In this document: in pieces, positions 51,215 to 63,466 of the stretch
How positions within the stretch are numbered: the stretch's first letter is position 1
Layout of the letters: each line of letters begins with the position of its first letter
Assembly: GCA_040954595.2 (NCBI GenBank)
Contig: CM082587.2
Coordinates: forward strand, 3,418,275-3,482,274
Length of the DNA stretch: 64,000 nucleotides
Reading direction: 5' to 3'
From: Balanoglossus misakiensis
Taxonomy: Eukaryota; Animalia; Hemichordata
Notes under the pieces: generated by a model
The model's database searches: none
What the model was told of the DNA's origin: nothing
The model's input: the letters and a program-made list of their open reading frames with translations, nothing else
Program-made: the position numbers and the translations under genes

Positions 51215-52543
51215 TTTATAACACACCAAACAATAATTCAACACAGTAAATTCGTTTGACTTCCGATCTCTAGTTCTTATAGCCGGCCACGCGCACACTA
51301 TCATTAGCAGATAACGCATCTTTGTGCACTGATGCCATACAATGGCTGGTGTCCAGAATGGACACGCCTATCCTGCTAGTATGTAACTGAATAATAAGTA
51401 ACTAAATAATATAACAAAGCACTAGAACTGTTGTGTGAAAGATCAATAGTTAACAGTTGCCAAGGGATTGGAGTTGAAAGTACGGCAACATATTTAGAGT
51501 GACTGTCCCCGGGGCTCGCACAATGACACGACCATCCCCAGTTTTTTCTCCACTCCAAACGCAGTTATCGATTCTGATAACCCCCCAAAAAGACACGACA
51601 CTTCAGAACGCTGATATATATTTTAACGGTTTTATATAAATCATGTTACCATGGCGACAAAGAAGCTACAAGTCTCACTCTTTCCTATCATCTAATCCGC
51701 TCTCCATTTCCAAGAATCTCCAGAAAGACGCTTTGTGTAAGGACGTCAAAAGTTGCGCAAATTCAACATCTGCGTATCTGCTAAGCACACTTAATCAGGT
51801 ACAGAGTCATAGAAAACAGCACAGTGTGAATTCTCATCTATAGTACCTTCATGCGCGTGTACTCGTCGTCATGTGTAGTGACGTCATCATTTCAAAAATC
51901 GCAGCAAACGTGATGGCAGTTGAGTGATCAGATGTACAAATTACATAAACACCATTGATAGATTCAAATAAGAGAGAACACAATTGTCAATTCTCGACAT
52001 TCTTCGACGCCGTATATGCTCTTAGCGAGAAGATTCACAACAGTATTTCTCTCGTGTTTTTTTCACTGCTTAATCTTTTCGATTGGTCGCCGAACTTCAA
52101 TGAAACCACAAAAAAAGTTTTGTCATCACACAGCAAGGCGAGATAACGAGTAGATGTCAATTATATGCGTTTTCTACGTTTTTCGAGTCATTTCAAACAC
52201 ACGCGTCCATTATTCGTCGACACTCAAGGAGAAGAGACGGAAAGATGAAGTACTATTTGAGTAGGATGTCACCGGGCAGTACCGTTTAATGTGAGCACTG
52301 CCCCACAGCCAAGCTGTCGGCCATTCAGGCATCGTCTTGCATTCCTGTGAAATAAAGTGGAATCGTGATACACCATATCAAACATATGTATATCGACTTC
52401 GAGGTATGCATGTAGATATTTACGTGAGTGTGCCTGCGTGTCCTTGGAAAGTCAACTTGGAACAAAGCACGCAGCAAAAAAAACAAGCGAATTTGATGCA
52501 TCCTCAAAACCTTACCTCGTTTACTGGGAAGAATAATGCCATC

Positions 52544-53587
52544 TTAATAAGCGATGCGAGCTCCCAACATGGTCATAAAGATAGTTGAAAAAACCATGAT
52601 TATGTCACTGCTCAAACCACTTGCATGATCTATAAATTGAATATGAAACATCGATTACAAGTCAGAGAGATTTCACCAAAAAGTTGTGCATGTATATTTT
52701 GACTGTTTTATCAGTATTTTTGCACCCCAACCTCACCCCAAACTCCACCCCATTGCTATTAGGAACAACTGAGTTGGCCAGGGGGCAAAACGGCAAATCG
52801 CGCTGGTGAAAGGTTTATGTGGTCACCTGCGACCGTCGCCGGCTCCGTCCCGTTCACAGTGGAGTCTGTTCCTCCAGCGGGGTTTGTCCCTCCAGCGGGG
52901 TTTGTCCCTGCACCGGGCGCGTCACTACCAGTTACCGCCTGAGTGGGACCTGCAGTTCCCGGTGCCGTAGTAGGCCCTATATAAATAAACCAGGTATGAA
53001 CCGGAATGCTCACATGTACATAGTTTGATAAAAGACTGAGTCTGAGAATATGCAAATTTAAGCAAAAAATATCAAATTTATCTTTCTTACAAAGCAACTT
53101 ATCTCTATTAACCATTACTATCTTAATGAAATCACTATTTATAGTGAAAATTGAATTTTCAATATGGAAATTAACAGGATGCTGAAAACTGTCTCATAAC
53201 CTAGTCAAATCTCGGCCAGCAAGTTTCATCACATGTATGGAGATCAAAAGTACATATAAAATAACTGAATTCCAACTTTTCCAATTTACCATCAACTCTT
53301 GTGATTTCAACTGACACATTGCACCAATAACAGTGCTTGAATAACGTTCTTAAACCCACCAGTGGTTGTTGCCTGTGACTCTGACACCAAGCACACTGCG
53401 AAGATAAACACCGCCAATACAGCTACCAACCAACTTGCCCTGCAAGTAAAAAAAGGTCCGCACTACTATACCACTGAAGTACACCCGGTTACTGACTTCT
53501 ACCAAATGGAGTTATATCTATACATGTACTCTGATGTGATAAAAGTATCTGGCGAAGAAGAAACCACACGAATACAGACCTTGCCAT
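52544..53587 (-). CDS. Small (107 aa) GPI-anchored mucin-like protein, paralog A
   Basis: Exons 53587-53580, 53439-53360, 52976-52827, 52629-52544 (324 nt) give MARASWLVAVLAVFIFAVCLVSESQA (signal peptide), a T/P/G/A-rich core with one NGT sequon, and DHASGLSSDIIMVFSTIFMTMLGARIAY* (small residues plus hydrophobic tail, GPI-signal like). A further intron (52515-52345) follows the stop. Confidence 0.8.
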
Positions 53588-54566
53588 CTTGCAGTTCTTG
53601 TTGTTGCTCACTGCTGCAGGAAATCTCTTCTGTGATCAGCTAGCTGAGATGGGACGAGCTTTATTGAAGTCGGTCGTCATGAAGATCATAACAGTTTGAA
53701 ACAAAACAGAGTAACCAGGGGGGATAAGGATTAAAATTGTATCGTCTAACCAGGCTTGACTGCAATGTTAACTTTTGATGCGATTCTGCGACGTGATTGG
53801 TTCGTGTTGTGACATAAATCATAGCTGATTATTCGTTCTGTCACGCAGTGGAGATATGAAGGGAATATTCACACGTAGTATACAGTGTCATTTGGATTTT
53901 TGAAATGTGGAATACGGTAGCAGAGGAATAATATTTAATTAGTAGAACTATCTCTCTCGGTTCCGGAATTGAAACGGGGAAGAGTTAATGCAGTGAACGG
54001 AATCAAGCAATAACCAACTGTAGTCTGTATATACTGACCACTGAAGTGAATGACCTGAATGACCCAGTTAATTAAACGCTGTTGGCAAAACAGGAGTAAG
54101 AAAAGTCAAGTAGCATGTATTGCCGTCTCGTATCCCCACCCCACCCCCACCCCGTTTGCATCCGCGGGTTTGCTTTGGTGAAAGAACGGGGTGTGGTGTC
54201 ACTGGACTTTACCTTTTGGTGCTGATGTTATATCACAACATTTGCCATGTTTACTGTGATCACCATGGGACACGCGAAAATAACAATAAGGAAACTAACA
54301 TCATGTATTATTTTTGTCTTACATTGCACAAGAGGAAAATGCGTTTGATTCCGTTTTCACGTTTTTAGGTTATCTTTGCAGTATACAGCTTATTAACGCG
54401 TTCGTAGTTTCTACATGCGTCCTTCATTTTCTTTGGTAAGAATTACATGTACAAGCATATTATGCTGATGTGTGAAGGTTATCTGTCCAGAGGATACTTC
54501 AGAGTCGATTCAAGATTCGATCAAATTGCCATAAGAAGTAACACCCCACTCGCATTGATGACAACG

Positions 54567-54598
54567 TCATTCATTCATTCATTCATTCATTCATTCAT
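54567..54598. repeat. (TCAT)n microsatellite, 8 units
   Basis: Direct reading of the sequence. Confidence 0.9.
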
Positions 54599-54904
54599 GC
54601 AAGTCTGAAAATACTCTGACATTCAACATCTGTGGTTTGACATTTCCAAACATATATTCCGAGTTGTTATGGACAACGTGACACTGTGGAACTGCAAAGG
54701 TTGGGCGCGTTTGACCTAATCACATTTTTTAATGAATTGCTTGTGTATACGGTACCAGACAGACCTAGCAACCCTGAATTGACCGTCAAGGCTTTATTCC
54801 AAACGTATGTACGAAATTTGGTACGTGAGTAAATATTTAACAAGTTGTCTGTCAAATCCTAGTAGCAACAGTTGTCATAACTGTCGGTATAAGTAGGTCG
54901 GAAA

Positions 54905-55073
54905 GAGGGGTGTTTGTCGATAATTAATTGGTACAATAATTGACAGTGGCAATGTTCATGAATTGCATTTTAACCCCGTTACGGTGTCCAACTAGGACAA
55001 GAATCGTGCAATTCGTGTCCACACATGTAAATGTCCGAACCAGAACGTGTCCGGACGGACATAAACACCCCTC
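54905..55073. mobile_element. Short MITE-like element with 11-bp terminal inverted repeats
   Basis: GAGGGGTGTTT ... AAACACCCCTC, several internal TGTCC/GGACA motifs; flanks GTCGGAAA and GTCGACTG are at best a decayed 8-bp TSD. Confidence 0.45.
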
Positions 55074-57410
55074 GTCGACTGGGACAAATAATGTCCAGAC
55101 ATGGAGCCGCAGAAATGCAGTTATTTCTATCAGTGTGTACCATACTTTGTCTCTCTCATGTCTGGTGACTCATTTGAAAATTGGCAATACACCGTTTACA
55201 TGATAACATGACCCTGTGAACGGAGGCAAATACTTTAAGGCCTATCCATGATCAATAGTTAGCCAACTTGTTAGCGACGCATTTTCGTAGCTATGAAACA
55301 CACCGAGAACGAATAATGCTCAAGGGTTGAAGGACTTTCTTGATGAATGCCGGCAGCAGTACCGACTATCGACGCGTTTTTTACTGAGTTTCTGTAGCTC
55401 AACCGCCAATCTCTGGCCGATCTCAGTAATATAAACCCTTTCCGTGTTGTATTCCTTCACATTGCTGTGGGCATCAGCCTGTTGCGTTTGTACATTGAAA
55501 CTCCTGTCCACAGGACTTCTCCTTTTGGATACTGTGCCGATCGATTGAGTGTCTGGCATGAATCCATCGCACGCACAGATCTGGAGCAAACAAATGGTTT
55601 ACACAAACAGCAAATCCCATAAACACGACAAAATAAGACACTATCTTGTCTAATTACACCATGATCATCCTAGCACCCGAAGATTTTTACTTATCTAATA
55701 CAAACAACAGAGACCCCAAACACATGATAAAATGAGGCGGCGTGACCTATCCATCTTCTTATCAATAAAATACAAAGCTGGGATATCTGAGGTGCGTCGT
55801 TCACCCTCACAACCAAACACTGGTCAGGGCTTTTTTTCAATCGCGGCCAGGAGCGTAATCTTTTGAATTTGGCGATCAATAAACGCAGTTTATTCTTTTT
55901 ACAATGTTGTCTTGTCCTGGAGTGATGTATGTTGAATTTATGAGACCGTTTTACGTGATGGGCACATGTGCTCTCAAGTGGTAACATTCCTTGAGACGGC
56001 GTCTTCTTTTTTAATGCATGTTTACAAAGCGGATTCTGAAAGTTTTAAATGAAACCGTTTTGGTGAACTTGTTCGATATCTTCCGGTCGATCTTCTATCT
56101 GAGACTGAAGTAGTACTAAATGCGATTTTAACATCTTTGTCAAAGAGATATACATGAACTTGGTGTTTGTATGGCTGTGTTGGTTATCTTACCGACTGTC
56201 TGGTGTGTTTGATTTTCCGCGATATCTCGCGAGACTTGACTTTGTTAATTACCGTTGCAACGGGTTGCTGGCCAAACGGAAATACAATAGAAGCTTTCCA
56301 TAGCAATATATCTGACAATTTTAACTGATCACGAAGAGTGTCCCTATACAACACTCCTATTTGTAACTAATGTATCCGAAATTGAGCAGTTTGCAACCTG
56401 CGTGAAAACGCCGGTCCCACCCGGGGGTCCCACACCCTGTTCTTAAATATCTCAATTTCAGCCCTTTGAACGTTGGTGATAAAAGTACGAATCATATTAT
56501 GCAGTGCCACCCACTGTTATCTTACCTTTACCTTGGCAGATCATCACAGAGGGCGACCTTTATAGTTTTATAGGTTACTTTTTGATTTCAAAAAGGGGAC
56601 GTTGTACAAGTTGTGAAACGTTTCCACGTGGAAAAAAGAGTCAAAAATGCAGATATTTGAAAATGGTTTTATTCTGATTAGAATCTTAGAACGCATTGTC
56701 TGTAAATAGATATTTAGGTGAGGATGATGATCAGTTGATTTACCCCTACTCCAACATTTCAAACTCTTTCGGGTGTGGAATCGTTTGATGTTCAAAATGT
56801 CCAGCAAACTACGACAAAAATGTAATCCGAAATGTCAACAGTTTTGTAACTGTGTCAGCACTTTTGATGCGGGTCACGTGACGTGACTTGAGACGCGTCA
56901 GAGCCACGTTTTCGCTGCTGATTGGTTGGAGCCACCTGGACCATCGCCTCTTGGAAATTTCCGTCCAGCATTCAGTGCATTTTCATAAGAGAGTCAGACG
57001 GCCACGCTGCTACACGGACCACGAGAAGATGCGGAGAACTCTGCCCCCCAAAACAGAGTTTCTCCGCTGGATAGTTTTCACGACGACAGCGGTAAGTAAA
57101 GTAACAGAAGTAGACACATTTAATCAATTTTTGACCAGAAACATGGGTTATTCTGTGGCGAGTTACGGACAACTAAAAAGCCAGACGTTGACACCAGAGT
57201 ATTGAAAATTGCATGCGTCACAGTCAGACCGCACGAGTCAACACTTCCCTGCGTTTTAATTCACAAATTCCACCATTTCGCGTTACTCAACTTGAGATGT
57301 ACGGTTTATCAAATTAAGACAAGTCGGTGTTATAGCTCTACTGGTGTGCGGCAGGTTTTTTTTTTACATAAAAAACAAGGTAGTTTTTCGGGAAAGGGGA
57401 GGGGCTACAA

Positions 57411-57468
57411 TGAATTGGTAGCGGGTTCGATGAATTGACGACGGGTTCGATGAATTGACAGCGGGTTC
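57411..57468. repeat. 20-bp tandem repeat x2.9
   Basis: TGAATTGNNNRCGGGTTCGA repeated. Confidence 0.8.
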
Positions 57469-58390
57469 ACGTGTAGTCAGCGTGTTTTCGAGTGTGAGCG
57501 ATTGCAAATTTTGTATTATACTACCAGACAATGGCAAAAATAAGCTTTGAAACGCTTCATTGGGAACAGTTATTTTTGTGTGTCCGTGCAGTCTTTGCCA
57601 AAAAAAGTCGGAGTTTAAAATTTTCCGCTTGGCTGTAGGTCTAAACTTGAAAATATGTAAATGTACATAATGCCATGCTGGGGTTTTAGGCTACTTGTTT
57701 GTCAGCGAAGCCCTAAAACATAATTATATTGTCGTCGTGTATGATGTACAATATGTGAATGGACAACAGTTTAGCGTGCACGGTTGATATTTGGTTTCGT
57801 GTTCATGGATAGGCATTCAATTTGTTTCCTTATTTTGCAGATGGAAGGCTCAGATGAACTGATGCTGTACGTTCCACACGGATGCTATGATGTTGTACAA
57901 GCATGATGTCAGAGTAAGCGGTATTAGCCAAATTTTGGGCAATTTTTAAGATTTTTCAACGATTCTGACTGGTGCCGGTAGCCAGTTCAGCGAACCGATT
58001 TTGCACAAATCTGAAGAATGCAACAATACGGATGCCATATGTGGATGTCATTACAGTTTTGAAACCAGCATGACTACATGCTCGGTGCATGGGTCATTTT
58101 TGTTACGGCACCAACAAGTTCATCGGCTATGAATGCTTCGAAAGGTGCTCGTTGTTGTGAGTGTGTGTGTGTGTGCATGTGTGTGTCACGGTAAGTTGTA
58201 CGGTATATTTGGGCCATGCAACTAGCCTACAATGAGGTGAGCGTTTGTATGTTCCATGGCTGAATGAAGACCAGTGGATGGTATGAAGTTTCATAACAAG
58301 TAAGTTATATAGACATAAATAAAATCCCCGGTGCGGGTGGGTCCCATCCCTCAGACAGTCAGTTAATACATAATACAGGTTTTTTTGAGC

Positions 58391-59084
58391 TATGTTATCT
58401 TTCGTCATTATTCAATAAAAAATATTAAAAACATACACGCACTCATAATACTTGGAGTGGTTTATTTCCGTACCGATCATCTTAGGGCGTGCGTATATAG
58501 TTAATATAATTTTTTTAGATATGTTATCTTTCGTCATTATTCAATAAAAATATTAAAAACATACACGCACTCATAATACTTGGAGTGGTTTATTTCCGTA
58601 CCGATCATCTTAGGGCGTGCGTATATAGTTAATATAATTTTTTTAGATATGTTATCTTTCGTCATTATTCAATAAAAAATATTAAAAACATACACGCACT
58701 CATAATACTTGGAGTGGTTTATTTCCGTACCGATCATCTTAGGGCGTGCGTATATAGTTAATATAATTTTTTTAGATATGTTATCTTTCGTCATTATTCA
58801 ATAAAAATATTAAAAACATACACGCACTCGTAATACTTGGAGTGGTTTATTTCCGTACCGATCATCTTAGGGCGTGCGTATATAGTTAATATAATTTTTT
58901 TAGATATGTTATCTTTCGTCATTATTCAATAAAAATATTAAAAACATACACGCACTCGTAATACTTGGAGTGGTTTATTTCCGTACCGATCATCTTCGCG
59001 AGTGCGTATATATAGTTAATATAAGTTTTTTGAGATTTGTGATCTTTCGTCATTATTCAATAAAAAATATTAAAAACATACACG
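58391..59084. repeat. 128-129 bp tandem array x5.4
   Basis: Near-identical units start at 58391, 58520, 58648, 58777, 58905 plus a partial sixth. Confidence 0.95.
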
Positions 59085-59231
59085 TGTTTTATGGTGAAAT
59101 ATATTTTTTTAGAATTGTAATCTTTACCCATTTACCTCAAATCCAATCAATAAAACGTTATCGAAACATACTGGTGTAACCCGAGAGGTTTATTGCACCC
59201 ATAATCTTCGCGTGTGTGTTCATGAATTTTA

Positions 59232-59697
59232 TAGACATTCATTTTCATTTGCTTGTTTTGCAGATCCAGAGACGAGATCGACTCATAATGGCATTCATCA
59301 ACCAAGCTGGGGCCTAAGTGACTAATTTGTTTCGACATGCAGCGGTATTACTGGGTGAGGTATGGGCAGGTATATTCCATGGCCAAACTATCATGAGTAT
59401 TAGACATTCACTTCATTTCCTTGTTTTGCAGATCCAGAGACGAGATCGACTCATAAATGGCATTCATCAACCAAGCTGGGGCCTAAGTGACTAGTTTGTT
59501 TCGACATGCAGCGGTATTGCTGGGTGAGGTATGGGCAGGTATATTCCATGGCCAAACTATCATGAGTATTAGACATTCACTTCATTTCCTTGTTTTACAG
59601 ATCCAGAGACGAGATCAACTCATAATGGTATTCATCAACTAAGCTGGGGCCTAAGTGACTACTTATTTTCGCCATGCAGCAGTATAGCAGGGTGTGG
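59232..59697. repeat. 169-bp tandem array x2.8, each unit an intron plus exon cassette
   Basis: TAGACATTCA starts at 59232, 59401, 59570; each unit holds TTGTTTTRCAG|ATCCAGAGACGAG. Confidence 0.93.
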
Positions 59698-60505
59698 TAA
59701 TAGTATGTTCAATGTCATAACGGAGACCAGAGGTTTCAAGCAAGGTTTGACGAGCGATATGGACATCAAAGCCCTCTTTTCATGGTGGCCATTTTGAAGA
59801 TTTTTTTCGATTCAGACTGGTGCCTTTTCCCAGTCAAGCGAACTGATTTTGCACAAACCTGCATGTAACAATATGGACCCTGTACTAATGGGGTGGCCAT
59901 TTTGTTATGGCACAAACATGTTCGCCATTTTTGTAGGAGACATTCCATTTACATACTTTTTATTTATTCCAGGGATCCCACAGATGATGCTAAGATGATT
60001 GCCAGCCTGTGTGATTGATGTCCAGAGATTACTGCATGGTTGTGGGAAGGTAAGAATTGTGGGAAAGGAAAGCAATGACGGAGACAATTCACTAAGTCCA
60101 GGAGTTGTCGGTTTGACTAAGTACAATATTATTAGCTTGTATGGGCAGATCTCTATCGTTGTTGCAGTAGAATTTAATCAAGTTGCCAAATAGAGAATGA
60201 AATTCCACGCAGCCATGCAGATTTGCATGATGTACCATCTGCGAATGAACAACATTTGGCGTACAGTGGTGATCACGCTTTGTTTCATGTGTACATGGAT
60301 ATTATAGACATTCATTTCTACATTGCTTGTTTTGCAGATGCAAAGACCAGGTGGGGTATCCAGCAACCAAACTTAGGACGAAGTGTCCATTTTCCGCGAT
60401 GCAGCTGTAACTGTTACTGGCAGTCTGCAGTGACCACCTAACATCTAATGACAATAGTATTTCCATTGATGTTTACCGAGCTGATGCAATTCTTGGAAAA
60501 TTTGG

Positions 60506-60827
60506 CATGATTGTGTAAATTACAATTCTGGTTTCAAAACTTTGTAATTAAACTTTTCAATGAACAAGATTAAAAATGAAATGCTCGAATCTGTGTCATT
60601 TTATTACCCGAACATGATTGTGTAAATTACAACTCTGGTTTCAAAACTTTGAAATTAAACTTTTCAATGAACTACATTAAAAATGAAATGCTTGAGTCTG
60701 TGTCATTTTATTACCCCAACATGATTGTGTAAATTACAACTCTGGTTTCAAAACTTTGAAATTAAACTTTTCAATGAACTAAAATAAAAATGAAATGCTT
60801 GAGTCTGTGTCATTTTATTACCCCAAC
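60506..60827. repeat. 107-bp tandem array x3
   Basis: CATGATTGTGTAAATTACAA starts at 60506, 60613, 60720. Confidence 0.93.
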
Positions 60828-62727
60828 ACTTCCTTGATGTTGAGATAATTGAAATGGTAAGGTCAAAGGTCGGCCCGTTAATTTGTCGCAAACTCTGTTG
60901 TCCCACTGAAACTCAAAAAGCGTCAGGTTTGCAACCATTATAGACACTGACATATGCAAAGAATGTAAAAAGTCGTCACAATTTTGGCAAACTGATTCTG
61001 TTCCCATATTTGGCCATAGCAACTGAGACCTTGACCTAAAATTTTTCCCTCTCCCGAAATGCACCAAAGTGTCTGAGCTCTTAATCCTAGTAATGATCTC
61101 AATAGGTAGCGATAGGAAGGGGTCAAAATTTGGCGTACATCGCTGAGGGCGCCATAATATTCATCACTACAAGTTCAGTGTTTTCTGAAAGGGGTTCTCA
61201 GACAACATTTTCTCTGAATCGACATTCGCTGAGAAATCAGTGACAAGTGATCTATCTAAAATATGGCCCAGTATTTGTGTGTTGTTTTATAATATGAACC
61301 AACAAACATCAAACGCGTATTAGGTTCTTACGTTTTTGGGCTTGAAAGGCACAATACCGTGACACTTCATCAGAGCCATTTATTATTCAAACGCCGCCAT
61401 TTTGAATCGACGGAAGCACAACGAAATAGCATGAAGTAAATCTAAAGCTGGTCGGGCGCCTCCTTGTGGCAAATGACTGATTACCTTTGTTTAATGTGTT
61501 ACGTAATAGACCTTTGAGTGAGGATGTAGAGCTATTGGAGACTCGCGATAAACCCCGTGATTGCATTTAAAAAAAACCGCCCCAACTGTTTTATTCAGAG
61601 TTTATTTCCATCAGTGGACCGAACTGAACGGAACTGTTAACGTTGACCGTTTGGCCCAATTTGAATCGTTTGAAGTTTAGGAAGCAGAAAATCACGTAAT
61701 GTAAGATTCACGGTTTTAATACCACCATACAGACACAGAAAGGATATACGGTATATTTGTGTTTTGATATATCTGCACTATTTAATCGCTGATATGTTGT
61801 CGACCAACAAAAAAGAACACAACACTGACACATAAAATTTATGGCATCGCTATCGCCAGGGGAAAAAACTAACACTGAATCTAGTCTCTGCTCTCCGACT
61901 TCAAGATATCAGTATGGGATGGGGTGGTGCATTTCCGGGTGTTGCCATGACTTGTCGATGCCAAGATGACGTCAACAGATGCACATTTCAATATTTGCTT
62001 ATCGACTGGCACGTGGAATCCAACAAAGAGTCATGGAAAACAGTAGATCCTGAATTCTCATCTATAGTACCTTCATGTTCGCGTACCGGTCATCATGACG
62101 GTTGACATCATCATTTTGACAAGTGTATCACTTCACAAAGTGAATGACAACTCATAGCCATCGAATTCGATCTGACCATTCTGGTCATCTCGTGTTGTTT
62201 AAACAGTTAGTTGATCGACGGATATTTGAGGAGATTGATTTATGTTTGGTGCAACACCTGAAAATAAACGAAGAGTTTCCAGAATGCGGAGAAGAAAAGG
62301 AAAATACATGAATAATGGCTGCCACTAGCAAGTGTCACAGTTGGCCAGCACCAGCGTTCTACTGCTTTAAGCGCGTACAGTTGTCCGTGGACAGGCTACG
62401 AGTTGTGTGACTATCCTTCCCTAGCCGAGTTATCGACCAATCAGGCATCATCTCTCATTCCTGAAAAATCAGAAAAATATGATTATACTATGTGGAGTTT
62501 GGACTTAGAAAATCGAACTCAATAACGGTAAGCTATACAACCTACGTGTAATCTTTGAGACTTGATCACATATGGAATCATACATGTCGGATTGCTAAGT
62601 TCGTTCACAGTCCCTCTTTTTTTTGAGGGGCCCTGAATGGCTTGGAAAACGACAGAGCGCCCCCTTCCGCTCAATGACAAACGGTTTCTGGGAACAACTG
62701 CCTTACCTCGTATTCAACAAACAGCGA

Positions 62728-63466
62728 TTATGCGACGAGCGCCCGCACCAGTGTAGCCGCGAAGACTGTTAACAAAGTCACGCATGCGCCACTGCTTAAT
62801 ATTTCAGCCGAAGAGTCTGAACAGAAGAGAGAAACCACGTGAAATACATATAAAAAAGTATGAACACAACCAAGTATTTGAATGACGGTTCAACGTTAAC
62901 ACAGTAACTAACAGACGTCCGACATACAACAAACGTGACACCGTATCATCTTACCTGGTGTGGGATCGAAAGTTCTCCCTTCAGTAATATTGAGTGTAGG
63001 CCTACCAGTATAAATTGTCGCATTAGCAGGGGCACCTGTACCTGCCTGAGTACCGGGGCCAGTTGTCTGACGTACAGTCGATGTAGCAGCACCCGGGGCA
63101 GCGAGTGTCGTGACTGCAGTTGTCGGGGCTACACCTTAATATAAACAGAAAAAAATATCTGTTGATCAAGATGGCTAAACAGCCTCATACATATTCCACC
63201 AATCTGTTCTTATGTTTCAACTGGTTGTGTTGCTAGACAGCCACTTCATAGTTACATGGCAATATGCTCCCTAGTGAGAATCGATAAAGAAGTGTATACA
63301 TCTCATTAAACGGTTTAGTGTCTTTCAGTGCAGTCATGCCGTTGTTTGGTCATTCAGGAACAGGTGCGTGTACTTACTGCTCATGTTGGTGCTTTGTGAA
63401 TAGGTCGGCGTAACCATGGTTACAGCCACGATAAGCGCCAACAAACAAGCCAAAATCCAGTAATCC
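62728..63466 (-). CDS. Small GPI-anchored mucin-like protein, paralog B (first exon not found, probably beyond the window)
   Basis: Exons 63466-63378 (DYWILACLLALIVAVTMVTPTYSQ, signal), ~63134-62955 (T/P/A/G-rich with NAT and NIT sequons), 62816-62728 (DSSAEILSSGACVTLLTVFAATLVRALVA*). Same intron phases (2,1,1) and same post-stop intron (62706-62461) as paralog A. Confidence 0.78.

Larger units (their letters stand above)
56870..60450 (+). ncRNA. Candidate spliced non-coding (or micropeptide) transcription unit, probably part of a repeat element
   Basis: Promoter-like motifs (GTCACGTGACGTGAC, ATTGG) at 56873-56925; donor GCG|GTAAGT at 57091; exons 57841-57913, 59264-59354, 59432-59523, 59601-~59691 and from 60338, each with a pyrimidine tract and CAG acceptor. 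No long ORF. Confidence 0.4.

Noticed and set aside
51827-51895. SECIS element (several AUGA motifs on the mRNA strand of the conserved 3' block)
   Set aside because: No correctly spaced AA loop or full helix, and neither GPI gene has an in-frame UGA within its CDS.
52325-52546. Stop-codon readthrough into GMQDDA in paralog A
   Set aside because: In frame in A (28 nt from stop to donor) but not in B (21 nt), so readthrough is not conserved; exon skipping explains both.
58391-60827. Regularly spaced repeats as a CRISPR array
   Set aside because: Whole units are duplicated with no unique spacers, there are no cas genes, and the context is eukaryotic.
56549-61150. GAGGGCG direct repeat as the target-site duplication of a 4.6-kb element
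   Set aside because: No terminal inverted repeats or other recognisable termini lie inside it; GAGGGCG/CGCCCTC recurs elsewhere in the window, so chance is likely.
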